Assembly (NCBI GenBank): GCA_030324005.1
Contig: JARDVH010000042.1
Span: 74,936,116 to 75,000,003, forward strand
Length of the DNA stretch: 63,888 nt
Reading direction: 5' to 3'
Origin: Negaprion brevirostris
Taxonomy: Eukaryota
In this document: in pieces, positions 38,281-50,929 of the stretch
Position numbering within the stretch: the stretch's first letter is position 1
Layout: every line of letters begins with the position of its first letter
Notes under the pieces: model-generated
What the model was told of the DNA's origin: nothing
The model's database searches: none
What the model saw: the letters and a program-made list of their open reading frames with translations, nothing else
Made by a program: the position numbers and the translations under genes

Positions 38281-40168
38281 TATGGTCCAGTGAACACTAC
38301 AGGATTTCAGGTATGTGCCGTATCATTTTGCAATTATACGATTTGAAGGGCAGTTCATCACTTATTGAACCAGCAAATTCTTAATGGGATTTAAAGGAAG
38401 CCAGAACATCTACTCTGACGACATGGCACAAGGCAGAACCATGGACCATGTGAGAAAGCATCCAAAAACTCAACTTGCATCTTCAGACTAAGCTGACAAA
38501 ATAATTAACTCCGAAAACGATTCATTATCTAAATTGTATACTCACCAGGATGTCTCAAAATGCAAAAGGACATTTTAAATATTCTATCTTAACCTGTTTT
38601 TGCATCTAATTTTTGAGGGGTTGAGAACTCTGGTATGTAGTGATTGAAAAGGTTTCTTCAGTTACCAGGGTGGAGCCCAAGAAATTAAAATAATTTTTAA
38701 TGACAGGAGACAAAAACAAAAGTTTGGACCAGCAATAAGAAAAACCAAAACCAACTCGCCCATAGGCAACAGTCCTTTGTCTACAGTAATTTTGTTAGAA
38801 TAAATCACAGGGTGCCAAGAGCAAAAGTGTAGCAAAAACTATTAAATTTTTAAGAATATTTTTAAGAATATGATCAAATCATTCTTATTCAGTATATATT
38901 TGTTACTCAGTAGCACATAACTATTTAGACCAAGGTAAAAGGGTTGAGTGTAACCCTTATAATTGTTGCTAGTGACAGTCAAAGCCACCCAGATATCTTT
39001 TCTATTAAATGCTGAGAATAATCAAAACATCTGGGTTTTTTTTAAGGTAACTTAACTTATTCAATATAGGATTGCTCAGTCTTCTCACTCAGGAACCACA
39101 AAATAAATATGTTGGCAGATACCAAACTAAGGAGAAAAAATAATTTTGAGATTGAGAAGTTGACAGTTGCAAAGTCGAAGAATAATAACTCAACTTGCAG
39201 ATGTCAACATACTTTTTCCTTCACACCCTCACCCATGAAGCAAACTTACACCTCTCCACATGAACTCAATATTTCCCATTTTGTCGGTGTGAATTTTATC
39301 AAAATACATGGCAAGTTTTGAAGGTGCACTCTAAAACATAGATTAAAATGCATTCACTGTACCTTGAAAATAAACCAGGCTAATTATAAAGCCATACAGA
39401 AAATTTGAAAAAGAGGACACAAGATATGTTTGTGTTTCACCTGAAAGGGCAGGCTAGTTCTGTGTTTAACATCTTATCTGCAAGCCTTCACCATCAACAA
39501 CGTAGCATTCATTCAGTATTGCATTGGAATATCATCCAAGATATTGTATTTCAGTCTCTACAGGCAATATGCTACCATGGATAACCAAGTTCTTGAAAAT
39601 TGTGTTAATATTCACAAGCATATGGCACATGCATTTACTTGGGCACATAGCTGTTTTTAAGATGCTGATTACAATCATACGCCCATGTTTTTTCTTCAGT
39701 GTTTGTGATGATGTGAGGAGAGTGCAAGTATAAGTGCAAAAAAAAAAATCACTGTGCAACTCGGTATGGACAGTTGATAGAAGACTTGGACACCAACAGC
39801 CCTGGTAATTAGCCAGGAAACATGAACCCTGTCTGAAGACAACAGAGATTTTGCCATTTGCTACCGTAAAGACCATCAATGGGTGCAAATAGCTCTCATT
39901 CTTTAGCGTAATCTCTAATATTTTAGAAATACAGTTAGTTCTTATTGGAGGTTACTGAAATCTCTCGGGATCAGTTGATTCCCGGAATTAGGTAACCATC
40001 TTAATTTGCACACAACTGATGTGGTACTAAATCCACTGAATTATGCAATACAATCATAAGAAAAAAAATCAAGGGATTAAAAGGAAAAAAATGCATCTAC
40101 GCAACACTTTCCAAATCCGAAATTGTGGAGCACTTCATAGCCAATATAGGAAAATGCAAGCACACTGT

Positions 40169-40465
40169 TAAGAACATAAGAAATAGGAGCAGGAGTAGGC
40201 CATCTAGCCCTTCGAGCCTGCCCCGCCATTCAATAAGATCANNNNNNNNNNNNNNNNNNNNNNNNNNNNNNNNNNNNNNNNNNNNNNNNNNNNNNNNNNN
40301 NNNNNNNNNNNNNNNNNNNNNNNNNNNNNNNNNNNNNNNNNGAGCACCGAAAAAGATCTCCTTAAAGATCCTCCACTGTTCCTCAGCAGTCCTACCGACC
40401 AATCTGCGCCCCCAATCTGCATTTGCCAATTCCTCTCTCATCCTATCGTACTCCCCTCTGTTCAG
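40169..40465 (-). mobile_element. young CR1 LINE (collapsed in gap)
   Basis: 3' tail left of the gap; ORF2 piece GEYDRMREELANADW...EEQWRIFKE right of the gap. Confidence 0.8.
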
Positions 40466-40701
40466 AGGACACAGGTCCAGGATTGTTGTCAGGCGATGAG
40501 ACAAAAATATTTTTAAAAAATGTGATGTTCATTGAATAAACTTTTGTCAGGCCATCAGGAGAACTACCTTGCACCTCTTCAGATAGCGCTTTGTGATATT
40601 TATTACCTAAACAGATAGTCAGGGTCTTACTTTAATCTCATTAAAACGTTGGCAATTCCAACAACGGAACTTACAATTGGTACAGCAATAATGCTAACCT
40701 A

Positions 40702-40898
40702 AGTCCAAAGATGCGCAGTTAGGTTGATTGGCCATGCTAAAAAATTGCCTCTTAATGTCCTGGGATGCATAGGTTAGAGGGATTAGTGAGTAAAATATGT
40801 AGGGACATGGGGGTAGGGCCTGGGTGGGATTGTGTTTGGTGCAGACTCGATGGGCTGATGGGCCTCTTTCTGCACTGTAGGATTCTATGATTCTATGA
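40702..40898 (+). mobile_element. HE1/V-SINE 3' portion
   Basis: matches 14140-14317; (attctatg)n tail. Confidence 0.82.
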
Positions 40899-40995
40899 TA
40901 ATTTATAACCAAGTAGAGCTTGAGCTCAACCTTCTGACTTAGAAGTGAGAAGTCAAAGATGCCTCTGTATTGAACACCAATTGGCTCAAAACATA

Positions 40996-41117
40996 GGGTG
41001 GAATTTTCTGGTCTCACCCCCAGTGAGAACAGAAATTCCTGCCCTTTCAATGATCCATCACGTTTTCCTTGCTGCTTCGGATGATTCCCATGGTGGGAGG
41101 TCAAGAAAATTTATCCC
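40996..41117. mobile_element. 122-bp Harbinger-type MITE
   Basis: TIR gggtggaattttct / agaaaatttatccc (11 of 14 match); ATA on both sides. Confidence 0.65.
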
Positions 41118-41715
41118 ATAATAACATTCTTACTGTTGTACGTATGGAAAATAAACTACCATCATGAAGCAATTCTCAATTCTAGGACACCTAAATGAAT
41201 CAATAAATTGGCACAGATCATTTTATTTGCAGTCCTCAACACAGAATCATGTGGCATTGGAGGGGGCCATTCATTTCTTTAAAAGAGCTATCCCACTCAG
41301 CTGTTCTTTCACCATAGCTCTGCTGATTTTTCCTGTTAGTGTACATATCAAATTCCATTTGAAACTGAACCAACTTCCATCACCCTCTCAGATTGTAACA
41401 CTAAAAAGATTACTTCCCCTCTGGCTCTTTTGCTGCTTTTATATATTCAAAGGCGTAACACTGAATTAATAAGAGGCACAGACAGCAAATCTGGCTAAAA
41501 GTGCCAACACTAGCAATTGATCAACTAAATCTTATGACCCAAATGTAATCCATTATTACATGCATTAACATAGTATTCTAGAGTGTAGAATTGGTCTTTG
41601 AACAATTTTGCAATGACTAACACTCACTAATAGTCATTCCTCAGATCAATTACAAATTGATTAACTAAGAATGAAATCTGCTTGCTGCAATCAATATTGA
41701 CGCAAAATCACTCAC

Positions 41716-41813
41716 CCTGTTGATCAGGATCTGCATTTCTTGAAACCAGAGCACTCACTGCTGGAAACGTAATACTGGACATTGCTGCTACAGCTCCTGC
41801 TGCCCACATCATC
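41716..41813 (-). CDS. MFSD14B: MFSD14-family exon
   Basis: cttag|G ATG...CAG G|gtgagt; 98 bp; MMWAAGAVAAMSSITFPAVSALVSRNADPDQQ. Confidence 0.94.
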
Positions 41814-42407
41814 CTAAGAAAGCAAGTGGCAATTAGAGAGTAAGTAGCAGAATATTTAATTTGATATATCCCACTGAAGAAGCTACTAATACCATTGCCG
41901 GTTTCAAATTTATAATTTGCATCTTTTGACCAGGAAACAATGCAGACTTGGTCATCAACACATTTACACAGCAAGATATGTAATCTTCGCTCCCCCCACA
42001 GACATTTGTGCAACACCCCCTCCCTGACAGATTTGCACGCACACAGCACCCCCCTCCTGGCAGACGTATACATATGCACCCAGCCCCCTCCTGCCATTCA
42101 TGCACTGCGCCCCACCCTCCGGCCAGGNNNNNNNNNNNNNNNNNNNNNNNNNNNNNNNNNNNNNNNNNNNNNNNNNNNNNNNNNNNNNNNNNNNNNNNNN
42201 NNNNNNNNNNNNNNNNNNNNNNNNNCCCCAGACAAACACATATCCTCAGCGCCACCACACGCACACGTAGACACACACACACCCCACCCACACCAAGCGA
42301 TGTTGAAGCATTCAAAATTCCACATAACCGGTTTCTGTTATCACTGGATTTGCGTAACTGCATTTGCAACGTACATGCCAGCATCCTAATGAAGCATGCC
42401 TGCTTAC

Positions 42408-42520
42408 CAGGGCTGGGATCCAAAGCCATACCAAGCTAACTGCGACATCTGAAATCCAAGGCCTAGGAGAACGGTGTTCTTATTACCTATGGACCTCATT
42501 AGGATACTAAGAAATACAGT
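42408..42520 (-). CDS. MFSD14B: MFSD14-family exon
   Basis: cacag|ACT...CCC TG|gtaagc; 113 bp; TVFLSILMRSIGNKNTVLLGLGFQMSQLAWYGFGSQP(W). Confidence 0.93.
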
Positions 42521-43669
42521 CTGTGAAAATAGAAATTTGGGGAAAATGTCAATGACATGCTTAATTCTTTTAAAGAATGTTTGCATTTTTAGATGTGAAA
42601 AAAATGAGTTGTAGGTGAAATAATCTATTCCTGTAGAAAAATACCTTAATACGGTATCTGATTTCACTAATGGCCAACTTTTAATATTCTAACAAGCAAA
42701 CATTGGCTTTATTAAAAATCTGTTGTTCCGAGCGCTGATGCATAAAATACTTGTGTTGGTTACAAGTTTCCATGGAGGTCCTGTTCCATAACTTCTTGAA
42801 CAGAAGCTCAATTCCGCCCAGTATACTTGAGTAATAACTGATTTGCAAAAAATACTTTTTGAAAAGGTTCCAAATGATTAATTCTGAAGGTTCAATGAAT
42901 AAAAAGCCACTGAAATGGCACTGAACCACAAATCAGAAGGTCCCAGAATTAGCAGTTTTCAGTTCAGTGAGTTTTCTCAGTACAATTGACCTGAGGATCC
43001 ACAGACTAAACAGGGGAACAATAAAACACATGCCATGGCTCACACTCATGGCTACCATCTAGCCAGCCCAACTAGAAACTGAAGGTGTAGGGAAAGAGAT
43101 AAGCAACATTGTGGTACTCCTAAAGTCCCTTCGTCTGCTAACACTTAATGTAAAACATTCACTTGGGCAGGATACAGTTGAACTCCCTCCGTGAATTCAG
43201 CAAAATAAATTTCACTTTTCAACAAATAAATTAATCATAACCACAAACCAAGAAAATTTTAATCTGAAATGCAATTGTGACAGGGTAGATCTATTGGAAA
43301 GGGGTGGCTGTGGGGTGGGGGTTATTTTACAACAAGCACATTCATCTGATCAAGACGCATGAAAAAGATAAGATTGGATATATATGCAACTTCATTAAAA
43401 TCAACGTGACTGAGAAAACGGAGCTTGAACAACTTGTATTATAACTGGAAAAAAATGCATCACATCCTGAATTACTGACAGCCACCAGCTTTTTTCAGCA
43501 TTCTGAATGCTGGGTTCTATCAATGTTAATATTTTAAGTAGCTTTTGTTTACTGCAATTACAGTGGAATAAAACTAGAGGGCATAATCTTGGCCTAACGC
43601 AAGCAATATTAAAAATCACCTTACATCGAAACTTCTGTCAATAATTGTAACAAAATAATTGCTGCCACT

Positions 43670-43900
43670 ATTTTCTGATGATCAAGGGAGTGAATGTTTA
43701 TGATGGATGGTGGATGCATCTCCACATCATGGACAAGGTACAAGTAGGCTGCTTTGCCCGGTGATATCAGGTTGAATGTTGTTGGAGCTGCATTTAACTG
43801 GGCAAATGGAGAGTGGGCCATTACATTCCTGATACGCAAATGGTGGAAATGCATTGCACAGTCCCTCTGCATACCCTTTGTGTGCTGTAATCATGGCTCC
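43670..43900 (-). mobile_element. LINE RT-region fragment
   Basis: gttgttggagctgcatttaactgggcaaatggagagtgggccattacattcctga resembles an antisense LINE ORF2 segment; decayed. Confidence 0.4.
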
Positions 43901-44089
43901 TTGCTCACTAAGCAACACATTTTATCCTTTAAAATGGTATCTTTAAACCATAAGACTTTACCTCAATCCGTAAATTTCACAGTACAAACTTGATACTAAG
44001 GAATTGCTACTTCATTAACTATTTTTTTCTATCAACCAAGATACTGTCACATCAGGTGTATGTGCAACCTGACCTCGGCACTGTGATAC

Positions 44090-45040
44090 AGGAAGCCATT
44101 TAAACTGGAGATGCAGAGTGGGGAGCAAGTAGAAATGTAATGGTGGTAGAACACACTAGAGTCAGGGGATGGGGCACAATCTTCTGCAGTTGAGAGAGAC
44201 AGTCCAGAAGACTGTGTTGTGTGCCCGGTGCCAGGGTCAGGGTGTCTGCTTGGGGTTAGAGGGGAACTTGCAGTGGGAGGGGAAGGATCCAGTTATAGTG
44301 GTCTATGCAAGTGTCAACAACAGAAATAGAGCTAGGAAATAGGTTCTACAAAAGGGGTACAAGCAGCTAGGGGCTAAATTAAAAAGTAAGAACTTCAAAG
44401 ATGGTAATTTCTGGATTAATATCCAAGCCATGAGCAGTTTGCCATACAGTGAATAAGGTAGGAGAGTTGAATGCATGGCTCACAGCTGATTTGGGTGAAA
44501 TGAGTTTCGATTAATGGGGCGCTGGCACCCGTACTTGCAAAGTGGGAGCCGAACCATCAGGAAGTGTTCTGGTGAGTCATATAACTAAGGCAGAAAAAAG
44601 CGCTTTAAACTGAATAGTGAAGGGGTTGTCTGAGGGATTAAGTTTGGGAAGACATGATAAACAAAAGGGAAAGGACAAATCAAAAGGCCAAGGTAGCAAT
44701 AAGGGTAATGATAATCAGAGAGCGGCAGGAAAGACAGTGCAAAATCTTGAGTGCGCCAGCAGAAAATTGTAAAACGATACAGCTAACAGCCCTGTATCTG
44801 AATGTATTGCTGCATTCGTTACAGTTGAGTTGTCAGCTCAAATATAAATACATTTGTATGACTTATTAGCCATTGGAGATATGACTGCAAGAGGACAAAA
44901 GGTAGGACCTGAATATTCAAGAGTATGTGACATTTCAGAAGGACACAAAGCTAGAAAAAGATGACGGTGTGGATCTGTTAGTTGAGACTGACATTAGTAC
45001 AATAGTGAAAGATCCAGACGTAGCATTAGTTGGGATAGAG
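44090..45040 (+). mobile_element. CR1 5' region: ORF1 (SGNH esterase-like) remnant and start of ORF2 endonuclease
   Basis: VCCVPGARV and DPVIVVYASVNN (cf. VVVHVGTND) motifs; ALYLN...DLLAI ORF2 start. Confidence 0.7.
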
Positions 45041-45042
45041 TG

Positions 45043-45232
45043 GTGGAGGCTACCTCGCTAAATATATTTAAGACACGGGTAGATAGGTTTTTGATAGGCA
45101 AAGGAATTAAGGGTTATGGGGAGAAAGCGGGAAAGTGGAACTGATCCACTTCAGATCAGCTATGATCTTACTGAATGGTGGGGCAGGCTGGAAGGGCTAG
45201 ATGGCCTACTCCTGCTCCTATTTCTTATGTCT
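45043..45232 (+). mobile_element. young CR1 3' end
   Basis: gaatggtggggcaggctggaagggctagatggcctactcctgctcctatttcttatg tail. Confidence 0.8.
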
Positions 45233-47043
45233 TATCTCTGTTGCCTCCCGAAAATACATAAGACAAACACACCCGTCCCATCGTATGGGACCCATGCGAG
45301 AACCTCTCCGGCTACATCGAAACCCATTGTACAAAGAACCCCCTAGCTTTTGTTGCGACATTACAGACTTCCTACAGAAAGTCAGCACACATGGAGCTGT
45401 TGAACCAGGAGCACTCCTCATCACAAAGGATGTCACGGCACTCTACAACCAGCACCCCCCACGACGATGGCATTGCTGCAATTGCTTCAGTCCTCAACAC
45501 TGACAACTGCCGGTTTCCAGATGCAATTTTACAACTCATCCGTTTCATCCTGGACCACAATGTCTTCACCTTCAACAACCAGTTCTTCATCCAGACACAC
45601 CGAACAGCCATGGGAACCAAATTCATACCATCTTCATGCACAGGTACCTCTTCACTGCACAGAACCTTCAACCAATCAACACACTAGATACATCGATGAC
45701 ATTTTCTTCGTTTGGACTCATGGTGAACAATCACTGAAACAATTATATGATGACATCAACAAGTTCCATCCCACCATCAGACTCATCATGGACTACTCTC
45801 TGGAATCAGTTGCGTCCTTGGACACACGCATCTCCATCAAGGACGGTCCCCTCAACACTTCACTGTACCGTAAGCCCACGGATAACCTCACGATGCTCCA
45901 CTTCTCCAACTTCCACCCTAAACATGTTAAAGAAGCCATCACCTACAGACAAGTCCTCCGTATACACAGGATCTGCACAGATGAGGAGGATCGCAACAGA
46001 ATCTCCAGGCATTGAACGATGTCCTCATAAGAACAGAATATGATGCTTGACTCATCAATTGACAGTTCCGACACACCACAGTGAAAAACCGCACCAACCT
46101 CCTCAGAAGACAAACACGGGACATGGTGAACAGAGTATCCTTTGTCATCTAGTACTTCCCCGGGAGGAGAAACTATGACATCTTCTTCGGAGCCTTCAAC
46201 ATGTCATTGATGAAGATGAACATCTCGCCAAGGCCCCTCTACTTGCTTTCAACAACCACACACCCTCAAGCAGACATTGTTGGCAGCAAACTACCCACCC
46301 TTCAGGAGAATAGCGACACCACACAACCCTGCCACAGCAACCTCTGCAAGACGTACCAGATCATCAACACGGATGCCACCATCTCAGGTGAGAACACCAT
46401 CCACCAGCTACACGGTACAACATTGTCTATTTGATATTCTGCAGGAAAGAATGGCAAGACCATGTAGATGCTATGACAACGGATGAATGGACACCATTTG
46501 ACAATCATCAGCCAGAAGTGTTGCCTTCCTGTCGGAGAACACTTCAGAGTCAAAGGCATTCAGCCTCCAATCTTCAGGTAAGCGTTCTCCAAGGCAGCGT
46601 TCAAGACACATGACAACACAGAATTGCCAAGCACAAACTGATAGCCAAGTTCTGCACACATGAGGACAGCCTCAACCGGGATCTTAGGTTCATGCCACAC
46701 TGCCTGTAATCCTCACGACTTGCCTGGGCTTGCAAAATCTCACTAACTGTCCTGGCTTGAGGCAATTCACACCCCTTTAACCTGTGCTTAATTCTTACTC
46801 CACTCGCATTGTCTGTACCTGTAAAGACTTGATTACCTGTTAAGACTTGTATTCTAACCATTATCTTGCAATTGAGTCTGTGTCTATACATGCCCTGTTT
46901 GTGAACCAAATCCTGCACTCACCTGATGAAGGAGCAGTGCTCTGAACGCTCGTGCTACCAAATAAACTTGTTGGACTTTCACCTGATGTTGTGAGACTTC
47001 TTACTGTACCCAGCCCTGTCCAACACCAGCATTTCTACATCAT
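45233..47043 (+). mobile_element. Penelope-like retroelement (5'-truncated RT + GIY-YIG remnant + 3' terminal repeat with hammerhead)
   Basis: CLPKIHK, DVTALY, HNVFTFNNQFFIQTHRTAMGT, RYIDDIFFVWTHG (YIDD at 45689-45700), LYRKPTD; IVYLI.C GIY-like motif near 46420; many frameshifts. Confidence 0.92.
46920..46954 (+). ncRNA. minimal type-I hammerhead ribozyme motif (PLE family 1), core mutated
   Basis: CAC CUGAUGA A GGAGC-agu-GCUCU GAAc GCUC GUG; helix I CAC/GUG; GAAA changed to GAAC. Confidence 0.65.
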
Positions 47044-47549
47044 ATTTTTCTAGCATTGGCTTGATGGGCAGAATGGCTTCCACTGTGCAGAATATTACTC
47101 TGATTAGATAGTTCCTTCAAAGAGCTGTCACCCACGCAATGGACTGAATGACCTCCCTCCGTGCTTTACCTGCTGTGATATAATGCCCAGTGCAAGTGAG
47201 GTCCCTCTTATCCTCTCCACCATCCCGATCACACTCACTCTCACTTCGTCAAGCAGATTCAGGAGACTGGGGCAGGGAAGTTGATGTCAGAACGGACCCT
47301 TAACCCAGCCCTGACACAGCACAGTTACAGAGCTCTGTGCGCCCTGCCGAATGATCCCATCCATCAGTCAACCATTCGAGCAAGTATTCATCACGTCTCA
47401 CCCAGCAGCTCATCACCTGCCTTCTGTGTAGATACCCTTAACCATTTGATAACATCCAGTAACCTCCTGTCTGCCTCCTGAGTCTCCCTTCCATGCATGG
47501 AGTGTGGCGAATCAACAGGGTCTGGGGAAGATTGGGGTTTTTACACTGT

Positions 47550-47798
47550 AGAACATAGAACACTACAGCACAAACAGGCCCTTCAGCCCACAAGTTGCAC
47601 CAATCACATCCATACTTACCAAGCCATAGAACTATCTGTAACTCCCAATCCCATTAGATCCCATGTACTCATCCAGGAGTCTTTTAAAAGACCCCAACGA
47701 GTTCGCCTCTACCACCACTGATGGCAGCCGATTCCATTCACTCACCACCCTCTGAGTGAAAAACTTACTCCTAACATCTCCTCTGTACTTGCTCCCCA
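47550..47798 (-). mobile_element. CR1 3' end
   Basis: (tagaaca) tail and antisense FFTQRVVSEWNRLP. Confidence 0.75.
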
Positions 47799-47898
47799 NN
47801 NNNNNNNNNNNNNNNNNNNNNNNNNNNNNNNNNNNNNNNNNNNNNNNNNNNNNNNNNNNNNNNNNNNNNNNNNNNNNNNNNNNNNNNNNNNNNNNNNN

Positions 47899-49035
47899 AT
47901 AAACGTTAAAACTTTAATAAAGGTGATTTCAAGAATATTAAGACAGAACTGGCTAAAGTAAACTGGGAAATCAGGTTAAGTGGTAGATCAGCAGAGATTT
48001 CCCATTTAAGGAGATATTTTATAATACTCTACAAAGTTACATTCTAGTGAGAAAGAAAGACTCTTGGAAAAGGATGCATAATTTGCAAGTTAAAGATACA
48101 ATTCCGTGAGGATTAATGGCAGGCCGGAGCTTGGACAGAATTTTAAAACCAGCAAAGAAGGACTAATAATGAGGGAGAAATCAAGTGTACGAGAGAAAGC
48201 CAGCTAGAGATATAAAAACAGATGACAGTTTCTACAAATATTTAAAAAGGAAAAAAAAAGTGTGTTGGTCTTCTGACAGCAATTCTGGGGAATAAAGGAA
48301 ATAATGAAATGGTAGATGGTACTGAACAAATATTTTATGTCTGTCTGATTTGTAGAAGCAGAAATTACGTTACAGAAATAATTGCAAATCAAGAGGGGAA
48401 GAAACTTAAAAAATTCAAATCCTCAGAAAAAGGTTACAGATAAAATTATTGGAACTAAAGGCTGACAAGTCCCCAAGATCCAACTGACTTAAGATCTTGA
48501 TTGTATGGTTGCTAAATTTGCTCATAATACATGTCTGCAAAGGGATATGGACAGGTTAAGAGAGTGGGCAAAACATTGGCAGATGGAATATAATGTGGGA
48601 AGATGCAAACCTATCCACTTTGCCAGAAAGAATAAAAAAAGTATATTATTTAAATGGAGAGAGATCACATAATACTGAGGTACAGGGATTTGGGTACATG
48701 AATCACAAAATGTTAGTATGCAGGTACAGCAAAATTAGGAAAGCAATTAGAATGTTGGCCTTTATTGCAAGGAGAATGCTATATAAAAGTGGGAAGTTTT
48801 GCTATTGTTGTACAAGGAATTGATGAAATCAGGTCAAAACTGTACACAGTTTTGATCTCCTTAATTAAGATATAATTACATTAGGAACAGTGCAGAGAAG
48901 ATCCACTGGAGTGATTACTGGATAAAGGAGATGTCTTAAAGGTTAGATAATTTGGGCCTGTTTCCAAATGAAGCACAATCTTGCTGAGTGGTAGCAGAGA
49001 CCAGAGAGGCTGAATGGCTATTCCAGTTCCTGCAT
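47899..49035 (+). mobile_element. decayed, internally deleted CR1
   Basis: WQMEYNVG and KFAH motifs; ADKSP; 3' tail. Confidence 0.7.
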
Positions 49036-49214
49036 TACGGAGCTTCTTGCAGTGGAAGCATTACTACATCATTTATATTCCTGTGCTTTAAATCCACCCC
49101 TTGTACTGTGTAACCAATTCATAGACTAGTGAGAAATTTAACAGACATTAAAGAACATAATGTACACATTGTGTGAAAGACAGACAATTGACTATTTTTC
49201 ATTATACCTTTTAT

Positions 49215-49550
49215 CAAAATTTAATCTTTCATGGAATGTGAGCATTGTTGGTTAGGTCATTTCAGAGGGCTGTTGAGAATCAACCAGATTGTGGATCTGC
49301 AGTTACAAACGGGCCAGACCAGGTAAAGATGACAGAATCCCTTCCCTAAAGGACATCAGTCAATCAGATGGGTGTTTGTATCAACCAGTGATAGATTTAT
49401 GGTCACCATTACAAAGGGCTACCTTTATATTCTAGATTCGTTAATTGAATTTTAAATTCCACCAGCTATTTTGGTGGGATTTGAACCAGGGTTCCTAGAG
49501 TCTATGCCCCAGGATTACTAGCCCAGATGATGGCACCATCATCTCCTGAA
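49215..49550 (-). mobile_element. tRNA-derived SINE (second family)
   Basis: inverse homolog of 34737-35090. Confidence 0.65.
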
Positions 49551-49773
49551 ATTGTTTATTACTTCCAATGTGCTTCATTATTTTTTTAGGGCAGTAGCTT
49601 CCTTTTGTGACCAGAAACTTTCCTGCAAGATGGGTCACAAGTAGGTGTAGGGTCCAAACTTGTAGTTTTTAAACCCACCAAAACCTTTACATAAATTTCT
49701 TGGAGACAAATCATTACATGTTTGAAGAACAGATTACAGTGCAGGTAGGTAAACAGAATTACTGAATACTCAC

Positions 49774-49845
49774 CTGTGCTATTATAGAGAGGATTCCCAC
49801 CACAGCTATAAAGGCTGCTAGGTTCCCAGCAGAAAAGTCGATAAC
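49774..49845 (-). CDS. MFSD14B: MFSD14-family exon
   Basis: catag|GTT...CAG|gtgagt; 72 bp; VIDFSAGNLAAFIAVVGILSIIAQ. Confidence 0.92.
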
Positions 49846-50121
49846 CTATGAAAAGAGGAAAGGTTATAAACAGGTTGAGCAACAGTTCAATATTGGGGAT
49901 TATCTTGCTAATAGATAGCTACACAAGTTAAAATGGTCAAAAATAATCATAGAAGCATTTAAATAGCACTGTTCCATCAGCATGGTTTCTAACATTTGAC
50001 CATTTTATTTTTAGGTTTAATGATCAGAGAAACATATACATCCCATAGGTGACAAGGTCAGCATCACTGATCTGCCCTGAATTGCTGATTTCTACCATGT
50101 AGCAGTGAAGAGACTCCAACT

Positions 50122-50848
50122 AGAGTCACAGAGGTTTATAGCATGGAAACAGGCCCTTCGGCCCAATTTGCCCGTGCCACCCTTTTTCTTTAAATCCCTA
50201 AGCTAGTCCCAATTGCCTGCATTTAGCTCTTATCCCTCTATACCCATCTTACCCATGTAAATATCTAAATATTTTTTAAAAGGTAAAATTGTATCTGTCT
50301 CTACTACTACCTCTGGCAGCTTGTTCCAGAGGCTCACCACCCTTCCTGCAGAAAAAAAATGGCATACTTTTGGACACTTTTATAACTTTCCCCTCTCATC
50401 TTAAACCTATGCCCTCTAATTTTAGACTCCCCTACTTTTGGGAAAAGATATTGACTATCTAGCTGATCTATGCCCATCATTATTTTATAGACCTCAATAA
50501 GATAACCCCTCAGCCTTCTAGGCTCCAGAGAAAAAAGTCCCAGTCTGTCCTGCCTCTCCTTATAACTCAAACCATTAAGTCCCAGTAGCATCCTAGAAAA
50601 TCTCTTCTGCATCCTTTCTAGTTTCATAATCTCCTTTCTATAATAGGGTGGCCAGAACTGTACACAATATTCCAAGTGTGGCCGTACCAATATCTTGTAC
50701 AACTTCAACAAGACATTCCAACTCCTGTATTCAATGTTCTGACCAACAAAAATCAAGCATGCTGATTGCCTTCTTCACCACTCTGTCCGCCTGTGATTCC
50801 ACTTTCAAGCAGCTGTGAACATGTACCCCTAGACCTCTTTGTTCTGTC
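50122..50848 (-). mobile_element. CR1 3' end (relatively young subfamily)
   Basis: LYKILVRPHLEYCVQFWPPYYRK...RGHRFK; close inverse homolog of 55075-55774. Confidence 0.9.
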
Positions 50849-50929
50849 ACTCTATAAACTCTATAACTACTCTCAGTACACTGGATTCCAGTAAGAGTGG
50901 TGGCAGCAAGAAGAAATAATAGAGAATTA